Shown here one piece after another: positions 35,249 to 46,370 of a DNA stretch of 64,000 nucleotides; the first letter of the stretch is position 1, and every line of letters starts with the position of its first letter. Origin of the DNA: TPA_inf: Saccharomyces (lineage: Eukaryota). Location of the stretch: contig BK006936.2 in NCBI GenBank assembly GCA_000146045.2, forward strand, positions 1 through 64,000, written 5' to 3'. The translations under genes were made by a program, and so were the position numbers. Below the pieces are notes generated by a model. It did not search any database and was not told where the DNA came from. It worked only from the letters and a program-made list of their open reading frames with translations.

Positions 35249-35639
35249 ATCTATTACATTATGGGTGGTATGTTGGAATAAAAATCAACTATCATCTACT
35301 AACTAGTATTTACGTTACTAGTATATTATCATATACGGTGTTAGAAGATGACACAAATGATGAGAAATAGTCATCTAAATTAGTGGAAGCTGAAACGCAA
35401 GGATTGATAATGTAATAGGATCAATGAATATTAACATATAAAATGATGATAATAATATTTATAGAATTGTGTAGAATTGCAGATCCCCTTTCATGGATTC
35501 CTAAATCCTTGAGGAGAACTTCTAGTATATCTACATACCTAATATTATAGCCTTAATCACAATGGAATCCCAACAATTACATCAAAATCCACATTCTCTA
35601 CAATAATAGAATAATGAACGATAACACACACTATGAAAG

Positions 35640-35800
35640 AAGAATAATAATAATAACACTGTATAGAAATAGCGGCTCCCTCTTGTTTATTCTCACATCC
35701 TCGAGCAAAACTTCTAGCAAATCCTGTGTATTTAATATTATGGCCTCTATCAGCAATGGACTCCCAATAATTATCCAATTACTCACCAATTTTTCAATAT
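35640..35800 (+). mobile_element. Diverged LTR remnant (delta-like 3' end) abutting the Ty1 3' LTR
   Basis: cctcgagcaaaacttctagcaaatcctgtgtatttaatattatggcctctatcagcaatggactcccaataattatc aligns with the delta 3' end (cttgaggagaacttctagtatatctacatacctaatattatagccttaatcacaatggaatcccaacaattac). Confidence 0.4.
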
Positions 35801-36397
35801 TAGTGTAGATAGGAAAGGATCCTCGATGAAATCGTTATGGTTAGTGTCTCTGTTGATAATTAGAGGTTAAAAATTAGTATTAATGAAGAAGTGAGTACTG
35901 ATCTTCTTATACTAAATAAGAGAGGTATATAAAACACACGCCGATTGGTCATATTAATTATGACCAATATAATAGTGATTCCGGTAGTTACTATACATTG
36001 ATGTGACGACTCATATTCCTCATATATGTACCTACCATAACATGTTCAACTAATAGGTCTTTAACACAGCTTCAGTATTGTCTGAGCTTCTCGTTTAACA
36101 TTCCTTCTGCAATAGGCGCAATCACACTTAAACGTATACGAGTTGTACATTAATATACGATGTAAGCATTAGATTGTTACCATAGCAACTCATGTCACTA
36201 TTAATTACTCTCGTTCCAACAGTCTCGATCCACTGTGTGTATTCTTGGAAAATGAACAAATCAGTGTAGAGAAGTCGTCTTCGTTTCCATCATGAGAATG
36301 TGCTTCAGTATTACATTTTTTGCCTTCAACGCCTTGATTGTTCTATTTTTGCTAATAATAAATCTATTTCATCGGACTAAAAGTCCATTAGTTGTAA

Positions 36398-36488
36398 GCG
36401 GATTTAGCTCAGTTGGGAGAGCGCCAGACTGAAGAAAAACTTCGGTCAAGTCATCTGGAGGTCCTGTGTTCGATCCACAGAATTCGCA
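36398..36488 (+). tRNA. tF(GAA)B: tRNA-Phe (GAA) with an intron 3' of the anticodon
   Basis: GCGGATTTAGCTCAGTTGGGAGAGCGCCAGACTGAA (anticodon GAA), then ~19-nt intron GAAAAACTTCGGTCAAGTC, then ATCTGGAGGTCCTGTGTTCGATCCACAGAATTCGCA. The 3' end is approximate. Confidence 0.9.
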
Positions 36489-36543
36489 TTCCTTTTTGCT
36501 AGCATTCTTTTTTTTTTCATTTCTAGGCCTGTTTCTCCGCGCT

Positions 36544-36587
36544 GATTGGTCGCCCGGGTGATGCAGTTGCGGCCGGCCCTGGCCAAT
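36544..36587. promoter_or_regulatory. Inverted pair of CCAAT boxes (HAP2/3/4/5-type) flanking a GC-rich palindromic core, ~470-510 bp upstream of ATP1
   Basis: TGATTGGTC at 36543..36551 (CCAAT on the minus strand) and GGCCAATCAG at 36581..36590, separated by gcccgggtgatgcagttgcggccggccctg. ATP1 is a respiratory gene; occupancy is inferred, not shown. Confidence 0.4.
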
Positions 36588-37052
36588 CAGATCCCTTTAA
36601 AAATGGGCCCGGTGCGCTTCTACCCCTTCACGCCTTTTACGCCTTTTTCGAATCTTGTATTTATTGTAATTATTATACATTGGTCATATCAAATTCACAT
36701 CAGACTTCAATTTTTCAATTCACTTTCTGAATAAGAGCCCTTCCCTTCATACAAGTAGAGATATTATACTGTCATAGCTCTTTCAATTGGTCTTATTAGA
36801 TTGTCTCCATCTTTCCCATTGACGTTGTTACTCCCTCTCTTTTTTCGTTTTTAACTGATTTCTCATATATTCCCAAACAGGCATATATACTCGACGTCAA
36901 GAAAGAAAAGAAAAGAAAACCCTCATAAAAAATATAATCGAGAAGTTTTTTTCCTCATCGCGAACCATTAGTATAACAGATTGATCGTTCAGCTCTCATA
37001 ACTATCGCAAGAACAGTAACAAAATAAATAAAAAAAACACGCACATATAATA

Positions 37053-38690
37053 ATGTTGGCTCGTACTGCTGCTATTCGTTCTCTATCGAGAACTCTAATT
37101 AACTCTACCAAGGCCGCAAGACCTGCCGCTGCTGCTTTGGCTTCCACCAGAAGATTGGCTTCCACCAAGGCACAACCCACAGAAGTTTCCTCCATCTTAG
37201 AGGAAAGAATTAAGGGTGTGTCCGACGAGGCCAATTTGAACGAAACTGGTAGAGTTCTTGCAGTCGGTGATGGTATTGCTCGTGTTTTTGGTTTGAACAA
37301 CATTCAGGCTGAAGAATTGGTCGAGTTCTCCTCTGGTGTTAAAGGTATGGCTTTGAACTTGGAGCCTGGTCAAGTCGGTATCGTTCTTTTCGGTTCCGAT
37401 AGACTGGTTAAAGAAGGTGAATTGGTCAAGAGAACCGGTAATATTGTTGATGTCCCAGTCGGTCCAGGCCTTTTGGGTAGAGTTGTCGACGCTTTAGGTA
37501 ACCCTATTGATGGTAAAGGTCCTATTGACGCTGCCGGTCGTTCAAGAGCTCAAGTCAAAGCACCAGGTATTTTGCCAAGAAGATCTGTCCATGAACCAGT
37601 TCAAACCGGTTTGAAAGCCGTTGACGCCTTGGTCCCTATCGGTAGAGGTCAAAGAGAGTTGATTATTGGTGATCGTCAAACAGGTAAGACTGCTGTCGCC
37701 TTAGACACCATCTTGAATCAAAAGAGATGGAATAACGGTAGTGACGAATCCAAGAAACTTTACTGTGTTTACGTTGCCGTTGGACAAAAAAGATCTACCG
37801 TTGCTCAATTGGTCCAAACTTTGGAACAACATGACGCCATGAAGTACTCTATTATTGTTGCAGCTACTGCATCTGAAGCCGCTCCTCTACAATACTTGGC
37901 TCCATTTACTGCCGCATCCATTGGTGAATGGTTCAGAGATAATGGAAAGCACGCTTTGATCGTCTATGACGATTTGTCCAAGCAAGCCGTGGCATACCGT
38001 CAATTATCTTTGTTGTTGAGACGTCCTCCTGGTCGTGAAGCCTACCCTGGTGATGTCTTTTACTTGCATTCAAGATTGCTAGAAAGAGCCGCTAAGCTTT
38101 CTGAAAAGGAAGGTTCTGGTTCTTTAACTGCTTTGCCTGTTATTGAAACCCAAGGTGGTGATGTCTCCGCTTATATTCCAACCAATGTTATTTCCATTAC
38201 CGATGGTCAAATTTTCTTGGAAGCTGAATTATTCTACAAGGGTATCAGACCTGCCATTAACGTTGGTTTGTCCGTTTCTCGTGTCGGTTCCGCTGCTCAA
38301 GTTAAGGCTTTGAAGCAAGTCGCTGGTTCCTTGAAATTGTTTTTGGCTCAATACAGAGAAGTCGCTGCTTTTGCTCAATTCGGTTCCGATTTAGATGCCT
38401 CCACCAAGCAAACTTTGGTTAGAGGTGAAAGATTGACTCAATTGTTGAAGCAAAACCAATATTCTCCTTTGGCTACAGAAGAACAGGTTCCATTGATTTA
38501 TGCCGGTGTTAATGGTCATTTGGATGGTATTGAACTATCAAGAATTGGTGAATTTGAGTCCTCCTTTTTGTCCTATCTAAAATCCAATCACAATGAGCTT
38601 TTGACCGAAATTAGAGAAAAGGGTGAATTGTCTAAAGAATTGTTGGCATCTCTAAAGAGTGCTACTGAATCATTTGTTGCCACTTTTTAA
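37053..38690 (+). CDS. ATP1: Mitochondrial F1-ATP synthase alpha subunit, 545 aa
   Basis: [37 protein letters not shown] presequence; Walker A GDRQTGKT; highly conserved alpha-subunit sequence throughout. Confidence 0.95.
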   Translation: MLARTAAIRSLSRTLINSTKAARPAAAALASTRRLASTKAQPTEVSSILEERIKGVSDEANLNETGRVLAVGDGIARVFGLNNIQAEELVEFSSGVKGMALNLEPGQVGIVLFGSDRLVKEGELVKRTGNIVDVPVGPGLLGRVVDALGNPIDGKGPIDAAGRSRAQVKAPGILPRRSVHEPVQTGLKAVDALVPIGRGQRELIIGDRQTGKTAVALDTILNQKRWNNGSDESKKLYCVYVAVGQKRSTVAQLVQTLEQHDAMKYSIIVAATASEAAPLQYLAPFTAASIGEWFRDNGKHALIVYDDLSKQAVAYRQLSLLLRRPPGREAYPGDVFYLHSRLLERAAKLSEKEGSGSLTALPVIETQGGDVSAYIPTNVISITDGQIFLEAELFYKGIRPAINVGLSVSRVGSAAQVKALKQVAGSLKLFLAQYREVAAFAQFGSDLDASTKQTLVRGERLTQLLKQNQYSPLATEEQVPLIYAGVNGHLDGIELSRIGEFESSFLSYLKSNHNELLTEIREKGELSKELLASLKSATESFVATF

Positions 38691-39144
38691 TGTGAACTAA
38701 AAAAATAAAAATGAATATAAGGTACGTCTCAAAAAGAAATGTAAATATAGAAATTTTAAAAAAAAAAACGAAAAAAAACATAACTAAATTTAAAGTGCAG
38801 CCAAACAATAACCCTGAAAAATCTAAATATCTTAGAATTTTTTTATTTTGATTATTATATATTATTATTATTCTTATGGTAAATAATGCCCCTACTTTTC
38901 TTCTAAGGAAATGAGTTACTACAAAAATAAGGAAATATCGCCTGCAAGCGGTTTTTATTTTGGAGTTGTTTTTTTTTTTCCCACAATAGCCTCTAGTTTA
39001 TTCCATTCTTAGCACTGACTCTTTTTTCCGCCACTATTTCTTATAAAAGGCCCGAATTTCTGGCACGGACGTTGTTTTTAATAATAAAATATTGAATGAC
39101 AGTTAAAAAATCACGTAGTCAGTTAATCTGTTTAACTTGAAAAT

Positions 39145-40527
39145 ATGTCTGAATCAGTGGCCATTATAGGTGCAGGATTAGTAGGCTGCCTTGCAGCTTT
39201 GGCATTCTCCAAAGAAGGCTACAATGTCACACTATATGATTTTAGACAAGATCCTCGATTGGACACCACCAAAAATAAAAATTTGAAATCCATTAATTTG
39301 GCTATTTCTGCTCGTGGCATTGATGCTCTGAAATCAATAGATCCGGATGCTTGTGAACATATTCTGCAAGATATGATTCCCATGAAAGGCAGGATGATTC
39401 ATGACTTGAAAGGCAGACAGGAATCACAATTGTATGGCTTGCATGGAGAAGCTATTAATTCTATCAATAGATCTGTATTAAATAATAGCCTTTTGGACGA
39501 ATTAGAAAAATCTACAACAGAACTGAAGTTCGGTCACAAATTAGTCAAAATCGAATGGACAGATGATAAACAAATCTGTCATTTTGCCATTGGGGAAGAT
39601 TTGAAAACCCCACATACTGAAAAGTATGATTTTGTCATAGGTTGTGACGGAGCATACTCTGCGACGAGATCGCAAATGCAACGTAAAGTTGAGATGGATT
39701 TTTCACAAGAATATATGAATTTACGTTACATTGAACTTTACATCCCGCCTACTGAGGAATTCAAGCCAAACTATGGCGGAAATTTTGCAATAGCTCCTGA
39801 CCATTTGCACATTTGGCCTCGTCATAAATTCATGTTAATTGCGCTCGCCAACAGTGACGGCTCGTTCACTTCAACCTTTTTCGGTTCTAAAGATCAAATA
39901 TCAGATCTGATAACTTCCAAGTCACGTGTGAGGGAATTCTTAATCGAGAACTTTCCCGATATTATTAATATTATGGATTTGGACGATGCTGTCAAAAGGT
40001 TTATCACTTATCCAAAGGAAAGTCTTGTCTGTGTAAACTGTAAGCCATACGATGTACCAGGCGGAAAGGCCATCCTACTCGGCGACGCTGCCCATGCAAT
40101 GGTTCCATTTTACGGCCAAGGTATGAATTGCGGATTTGAAGATGTGAGAATTCTTATGGCGCTATTGAAAAAGCATTCAGGAGATCGTTCAAGAGCCTTT
40201 ACTGAGTACACTCAAACAAGACATAAGGACCTAGTTTCTATTACTGAGCTGGCAAAAAGGAACTATAAAGAAATGTCACATGACGTTACATCCAAGCGGT
40301 TTTTATTAAGGAAAAAGCTAGATGCTCTCTTTAGTATTATAATGAAGGATAAGTGGATACCTTTGTATACAATGATATCTTTCAGATCCGATATCTCGTA
40401 TTCTAGAGCTTTAGAAAGGGCTGGAAAGCAAACACGTATCTTGAAATTCTTAGAATCTCTGACACTCGGTATGTTATCTATTGGCGGTTACAAGCTTTTC
40501 AAATTTTTGACAAGAGAACGTTCCTGA
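39145..40527 (+). CDS. BNA4: Kynurenine 3-monooxygenase (FAD-dependent), 460 aa
   Basis: N-terminal Rossmann dinucleotide motif VAIIGAGLVGCLAALAFSKEG; conserved DAAH/GQG region (GDAAHAMVPFYGQGMN). Confidence 0.9.
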   Translation: MSESVAIIGAGLVGCLAALAFSKEGYNVTLYDFRQDPRLDTTKNKNLKSINLAISARGIDALKSIDPDACEHILQDMIPMKGRMIHDLKGRQESQLYGLHGEAINSINRSVLNNSLLDELEKSTTELKFGHKLVKIEWTDDKQICHFAIGEDLKTPHTEKYDFVIGCDGAYSATRSQMQRKVEMDFSQEYMNLRYIELYIPPTEEFKPNYGGNFAIAPDHLHIWPRHKFMLIALANSDGSFTSTFFGSKDQISDLITSKSRVREFLIENFPDIINIMDLDDAVKRFITYPKESLVCVNCKPYDVPGGKAILLGDAAHAMVPFYGQGMNCGFEDVRILMALLKKHSGDRSRAFTEYTQTRHKDLVSITELAKRNYKEMSHDVTSKRFLLRKKLDALFSIIMKDKWIPLYTMISFRSDISYSRALERAGKQTRILKFLESLTLGMLSIGGYKLFKFLTRERS

Positions 40528-40582
40528 AGCCAGTTTATTCTTGCCATCCGTGTACGCTAGGAGAGGATTATTAAAATAAGTG

Positions 40583-40583
<1 letters not shown>

Positions 40584-40617
<34 letters not shown>
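40584..40617. repeat. (AT)n dinucleotide microsatellite, ~17 repeats, in the BNA4 3' flank
   Basis: atatatacatatatatatatatatatatatatat read directly. Confidence 0.9.
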
Positions 40618-40620
<3 letters not shown>

Positions 40621-40830
40621 CACTAATTATTTTATGTGATGTTGATCACGCGAAACGGTAAACGGCTCTGTTCGCGCTTTCTTTGTTTACATTTTAGTGA
40701 AGTATTGTCAAGATAATATCCATATGGTTGAACTTTTTATATTGGCTAGTTAAATACTCTATTTATTGCACCAAAAAATCATCTTAGTGGACTTTTTGGA
40801 GCAAAAAAAACCAGCAGGTAGTTATATAAG

Positions 40831-43095
40831 ATGACTACACAACTAAGGTATGAAAATAACGATGACGATGAAAGAGTAGAATATAATCTCTTTACCAATA
40901 GATCCACCATGATGGCAAATTTTGAAGAATGGATCAAAATGGCTACAGATAATAAAATCAATTCCCGAAATAGTTGGAATTTCGCATTGATCGACTATTT
41001 TTATGACTTGGACGTTTTGAAAGATGGCGAGAATAACATCAATTTTCAGAAAGCATCTGCAACCTTGGATGGGTGTATTAAGATTTACTCTTCGAGAGTT
41101 GATTCAGTGACAACGGAAACAGGTAAGTTATTGAGCGGGTTGGCACAAAGAAAGACGAATGGGGCATCTAACGGAGATGACAGTAACGGGGGAAATGGTG
41201 AAGGGCTTGGAGGTGACAGTGACGAAGCAAATATAGAGATTGATCCCTTAACTGGTATGCCTATATCTAATGATCCTGATGTGAATAACACTAGGCGGAG
41301 AGTGTACAACAGAGTTTTAGAAACAACATTGGTGGAGTTCGAAACGATCAAGATGAAAGAGCTAGACCAGGAATTAATAATTGATCCATTATTCAAAAAG
41401 GCCTTGGTTGATTTCGATGAAGGTGGCGCCAAGAGTTTATTGTTGAACACATTAAACATAGACAACACTGCAAGAGTCATTTTCGATGCATCAATTAAGG
41501 ATACACAAAACGTAGGGCAAGGTAAACTTCAAAGGAAAGAAGAAGAATTAATTGAAAGAGATAGTTTAGTAGATGACGAAAATGAACCTAGCCAGTCATT
41601 GATAAGTACTCGTAATGACTCAACCGTAAATGATTCCGTTATTAGTGCACCTTCCATGGAAGATGAGATTTTATCTCTTGGTATGGATTTTATAAAATTT
41701 GATCAAATTGCGGTGTGTGAAATTTCAGGATCGATTGAGCAACTAAGGAACGTTGTCGAAGATATTAATCAAGCGAAAGACTTTATCGAAAATGTTAACA
41801 ACAGATTTGATAACTTCTTAACTGAAGAAGAATTGCAAGCAGCTGTCCCAGATAATGCAGAAGATGATAGCGATGGCTTTGATATGGGCATGCAACAGGA
41901 GCTGTGCTATCCAGATGAAAATCATGACAATACATCACATGATGAACAAGATGATGATAATGTCAACAGTACCACAGGAAGTATATTCGAAAAAGATTTG
42001 ATGGCATACTTTGACGAAAATCTAAATAGAAACTGGAGAGGGAGAGAACATTGGAAAGTACGAAATTTTAAGAAAGCAAACTTAGTGAATAAAGAATCCG
42101 ACCTGTTGGAAGAAACGCGAACTACTATAGGAGATACTACTGACAAAAACACAACGGACGACAAATCGATGGATACGAAGAAGAAGCATAAACAAAAAAA
42201 GGTTCTGGAAATTGATTTCTTCAAAACGGATGATAGTTTTGAAGACAAAGTCTTTGCCTCAAAAGGAAGGACAAAGATTGACATGCCGATTAAGAACAGA
42301 AAGAACGACACACATTATTTACTGCCGGATGACTTCCATTTTTCCACTGATAGAATAACAAGATTGTTCATTAAACCGGGGCAGAAAATGAGTCTGTTCA
42401 GTCATAGGAAGCATACCAGAGGCGACGTTAGTTCGGGGCTTTTTGAAAAAAGCACAGTTTCTGCCAACCATTCAAATAACGACATTCCTACTATTGCAGA
42501 TGAGCACTTTTGGGCGGATAATTACGAAAGGAAAGAACAAGAGGAAAAAGAAAAGGAGCAGTCTAAAGAGGTTGGTGATGTGGTGGGTGGAGCGCTCGAT
42601 AATCCGTTTGAAGATGACATGGACGGTGTTGACTTCAACCAAGCTTTCGAAGGAACAGATGATAACGAGGAGGCCAGTGTGAAACTTGATTTACAGGATG
42701 ACGAAGATCATAAGTTCCCCATTCGAGAAAATAAAGTTACTTATTCAAGAGTTTCGAAAAAAGTTGACGTAAGAAGATTAAAGAAAAACGTATGGAGATC
42801 GATCAACAATTTGATACAAGAACATGACAGTAGGAAAAATAGAGAACAAAGCTCTAATGACAGTGAAACCCACACAGAAGATGAATCAACAAAGGAGCTC
42901 AAGTTTTCTGATATCATTCAGGGTATAAGTAAAATGTATTCGGATGATACACTAAAGGACATTTCAACAAGCTTTTGTTTTATATGCCTTCTACACTTAG
43001 CCAATGAGCATGGGTTGCAGATAACTCATACCGAAAACTATAATGACTTGATAGTGAATTATGAGGATCTAGCGACAACACAGGCAGCGTCATAG
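40831..43095 (+). CDS. BRN1: Condensin kleisin subunit (Barren homolog), 754 aa
   Basis: MTTQLRYENNDDDERVEYNLFTNRST...; acidic central region; C-terminal winged-helix kleisin end (...FICLLHLANEHGLQI...). Confidence 0.9.
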   Translation: MTTQLRYENNDDDERVEYNLFTNRSTMMANFEEWIKMATDNKINSRNSWNFALIDYFYDLDVLKDGENNINFQKASATLDGCIKIYSSRVDSVTTETGKLLSGLAQRKTNGASNGDDSNGGNGEGLGGDSDEANIEIDPLTGMPISNDPDVNNTRRRVYNRVLETTLVEFETIKMKELDQELIIDPLFKKALVDFDEGGAKSLLLNTLNIDNTARVIFDASIKDTQNVGQGKLQRKEEELIERDSLVDDENEPSQSLISTRNDSTVNDSVISAPSMEDEILSLGMDFIKFDQIAVCEISGSIEQLRNVVEDINQAKDFIENVNNRFDNFLTEEELQAAVPDNAEDDSDGFDMGMQQELCYPDENHDNTSHDEQDDDNVNSTTGSIFEKDLMAYFDENLNRNWRGREHWKVRNFKKANLVNKESDLLEETRTTIGDTTDKNTTDDKSMDTKKKHKQKKVLEIDFFKTDDSFEDKVFASKGRTKIDMPIKNRKNDTHYLLPDDFHFSTDRITRLFIKPGQKMSLFSHRKHTRGDVSSGLFEKSTVSANHSNNDIPTIADEHFWADNYERKEQEEKEKEQSKEVGDVVGGALDNPFEDDMDGVDFNQAFEGTDDNEEASVKLDLQDDEDHKFPIRENKVTYSRVSKKVDVRRLKKNVWRSINNLIQEHDSRKNREQSSNDSETHTEDESTKELKFSDIIQGISKMYSDDTLKDISTSFCFICLLHLANEHGLQITHTENYNDLIVNYEDLATTQAAS

Positions 43096-43104
43096 TTGAT
43101 GATC

Positions 43105-43131
43105 TTTTTTTTTTTTTTTTTTTTTTTTTTT
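43105..43131. repeat. Poly(dT)27 homopolymer, 10 nt downstream of the BRN1 stop codon
   Basis: 27 consecutive T read directly; it lies ~145 bp upstream of the MRX3 ATG. Confidence 0.9.
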
Positions 43132-43276
43132 GTGCTGCAAAGTTTCTTAAAGCCTTCGGGCTTACGAAATCCTTTATCGCCGAAAGGGGACCGCTTCGAA
43201 AAGTGGATATAAAACAAGGTATTTATTTTTATAGACAATGACCAAATGACAGGATAGATCGAGGGTGAGTTCCAAT

Positions 43277-44089
43277 ATGTCCAGAACTATTCCATTTCTA
43301 TTTAAATTAGTCAACAGGGCAGTAATTTTGCCTACGGCAGGTTTTACATTAGGAGTTGGTGCGTTTGTAAAGGCGTGGCCCGATGATGCCGGTGTTCTAT
43401 CATTGAATGATCCGCAAACGCCAGCGGAGTTGATTAGTGCGACCAAGAGCCGCCAACCTATGGAGCTGCAGAGGGTTGACATCCTCGCTCAAATCGAGAA
43501 AAGCGAGGTTTACAACAAGTTGGCCCAGGATGAGAAGATGCACCATGTCTTATTCAGTGAGAAAATACCAAGCGGGCATAGGGAATATCATGTAGGACAA
43601 GGCCTCTTGTTCGGCAAGGGGAAGCTTGAAATTGATCCTTTGGTGTTCCATGATGTGAATCACGGTGAATTAACCGTGATTTATCACTTAGGTGCTGAGT
43701 TAGGGAATCGAGACGGTAACGTCCATAAGGGCTTGTTGTCATTGTTGCTGGATGAAGCATTGTGCTATTGTGGCTTCCCTTTGTTGCCTAGTAAAAGAGG
43801 TGTAACTGCAAGGCTGTCGCTAGAGTTTTTTGAGGACATTCCTGTAGATACTACGATTATACTAAAAGCAAACGTCAAAGAGATTAAAGGCAGAAAGTGT
43901 ATCATTGAGGGACACTTGGAACAGTTTCCGTTGGAAGTTTCTTCTCGAAATGGAACTAGAAGTTGGAACTTACCACATATTTGGGGTTTCAACCATAAGC
44001 AGGAGATGGCAAAAAAATTTGCCAAGGCCAATTGTATTCTCGTTGAGCCTACTTGGTTCAAATATTTTAAATGGCTTGATATGTTTTGA
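43277..44089 (+). CDS. MRX3: Mitochondrial protein of unknown function, ~270 aa
   Basis: MSRTIPFLFKLVNRAVILPTAGFTLGVGAFVKAW... with an amphipathic N-terminus. The track start 43265 is a GTG; the first ATG is 43277. Confidence 0.7.
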   Translation: MSRTIPFLFKLVNRAVILPTAGFTLGVGAFVKAWPDDAGVLSLNDPQTPAELISATKSRQPMELQRVDILAQIEKSEVYNKLAQDEKMHHVLFSEKIPSGHREYHVGQGLLFGKGKLEIDPLVFHDVNHGELTVIYHLGAELGNRDGNVHKGLLSLLLDEALCYCGFPLLPSKRGVTARLSLEFFEDIPVDTTIILKANVKEIKGRKCIIEGHLEQFPLEVSSRNGTRSWNLPHIWGFNHKQEMAKKFAKANCILVEPTWFKYFKWLDMF

Positions 44090-44255
44090 AAAAGCATGCC
44101 TGTCTCAAAATAGCCTATTCCGTGTTAATTAATATTCTATATTCAAAAAAGTTAAACATATATACTGCATGTACTTACCGCCGAAGCACAAACGTGCCAC
44201 TTCCATGAACACTTGCTCTTTATTTATAGTGGGGCTGATATGCGATGGCGTAAAG

Positions 44256-44918
44256 CTACTCCAGCCTCCTTCTTTTCATATCCTCATGACTGTCACTATG
44301 TGTTGGTGTAGCCATCGAACTTCCACTAGATTTGTTCTTCCTTTTCTTACTATTGTTACCTGAATTTGAGCCGGATTGGCTTTTTCCTGTACCGTCTAGA
44401 TCAAACGCCAAGTCGTCTATATCAAACGGCGCTTGGGCTCCCCCTTGGTTCTGGTTTGCGAACTCGCTTGGATATGACCTTTCAAACTGCGATAGTACCG
44501 AAGAGCAAAGGTCCCAATCGAAATTTGGAGGCTGAAACAATGCTATGTCTCTATTGCGCAGCTGTTCGCGCCATTGTTGCTCTGACATGTTTTGACCCTG
44601 CTGAGGTGGTTGTATCATCATGTCTGGGTTATTTTGGAAAAGAATATGTGCTATTTGACCACCTTTACCATTTTCTCTGGTCGGTATGGTGGAGAATTTA
44701 CCTGAAAGATCTGCTATCTGGTTCTTGTAAGATTTTCTTAGCTTCACGGCTTTAGTGCCGTCCAAATTTGTTCTTGCCACTTGCCTGGAGATGTCATCCA
44801 AGCCATACACCGATATCAAGTCCTGTAGAGGATTTGGTTGTTGGTACGTATATGTAGTTTCCGGATCCACGTAATAGTAGTATGAGGGGACTGTAGTTTC
44901 GTCCACTCTAGAAGCCAT
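44256..44918 (-). CDS. ROX3: Mediator subunit Med19, 220 aa
   Basis: [34 protein letters not shown]... The track start 44963 is a GTG; the ATG is at 44918. Confidence 0.85.
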   Translation of the reverse strand: MASRVDETTVPSYYYYVDPETTYTYQQPNPLQDLISVYGLDDISRQVARTNLDGTKAVKLRKSYKNQIADLSGKFSTIPTRENGKGGQIAHILFQNNPDMMIQPPQQGQNMSEQQWREQLRNRDIALFQPPNFDWDLCSSVLSQFERSYPSEFANQNQGGAQAPFDIDDLAFDLDGTGKSQSGSNSGNNSKKRKNKSSGSSMATPTHSDSHEDMKRRRLE

Positions 44919-45169
44919 TATTATCGTATTCCTTTTTCGTTCACTTACTATTGCTATTCGCACTCACTACAGATCTATATTTTATGTTCCACCCTGTTGT
45001 CAGATCAGGAAAGGAATGAAGAGGCTCTATTTAAACCAAATACACCTCTTCGTTTCTCAATATTGTTGGGCTTTCCTTTTTTTTTTCCTTCCACGTCTAT
45101 CTATTGTCTCTATCAAAATTAGGAAAAAGAAATGAAGAACGATGAGCCAAACGAGGCTGAGACAATCAT

Positions 45170-45237
45170 GCATCCGTACATTCTATGTATGTTTGGGTGT
45201 ATCTTTCCAGATTCGGTTCTTTTTTTTTTTCAGTCCA
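45170..45237. promoter_or_regulatory. Ribosomal-protein-gene style promoter module: tandem Rap1 sites plus a T16 tract
   Basis: gCATCCGTACATTc at 45171..45182 (plus strand) and ACACCCAAACATAC at 45187..45200 (minus strand) both fit ACAYCCRTACATY. T16 lies at 45222..45237, followed by A10. This sits between the divergent ROX3 and RPL32. Confidence 0.45.
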
Positions 45238-45644
45238 ATTGAAAAAAAAAAGGAACAGGAACAACGGGTCGAAATTTGCCGTCACATTCAGAGCGAAGAG
45301 CGACAGGGGAATTGGTGGGCTAACCACCTGTTGAGCCCAGCTAGCAGCTGTCGGTAAACCGTCGTTGGGCGGGGCGCGACAATGCAGCCAGCGGAGGCAT
45401 TGTATGGTTTCCGTCTGGAGAGTGGGCTTAGCCGGCCTGGCACTCCTTCTCTAAGCAGAGTGAGAAGGGAATCTTTTTACTGGAGAAGAGTGTTTGAATC
45501 CAGCAGAAGGTAATACGCACCTTTCTCATCTATTTGCAGAATCGTTTTATTAAAATACTTTTAAAGAATTTAGATTTTGATAATTAGTTCATTCTCTTTT
45601 ACAAAGATAATCACCAAACAGGGACAATACACTGAACGATAAAA

Positions 45645-46370
<726 letters not shown>

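Larger units (their letters stand above)
29644..35575 (+). mobile_element. YBLWTy1-1: Full-length Ty1 LTR retrotransposon (5932 bp) with 305-bp direct LTRs at 29644..29948 and 35271..35575
   Basis: The two LTRs are identical except one position (gattccc vs gatcccc). Intact TYA and TYB. The 3' LTR ends ~820 bp upstream of tRNA-Phe. Confidence 0.95.

Noticed and set aside
36989-37303. 104-aa ORF antisense to the ATP1 5' end (YBL100C-like)
   Set aside because: Fully overlaps the ATP1 presequence-coding region on the opposite strand. The alanine-rich translation mirrors the ATP1 codon pattern.
41085-42311. Antisense ORFs inside BRN1 (41085..41480, 41922..42311)
   Set aside because: Nested opposite a conserved gene with low-complexity translations. 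Frequent chance ORFs occur antisense to acidic/Ser-rich coding sequence.
43174-44097. ORFs 43174..43482 (-), 43554..43760 (-) and 43765..44097 (-) overlapping MRX3
   Set aside because: Antisense to the better-supported plus-strand gene, with no features; YBL094C/YBL096C-type dubious ORFs.
45141-45165. C/D-box snoRNA-like motifs (GATGAG ... CTGA) just upstream of the Rap1 sites
   Set aside because: The boxes are only ~12 nt apart with no terminal stem and no guide region, so they are too close to be a snoRNA.
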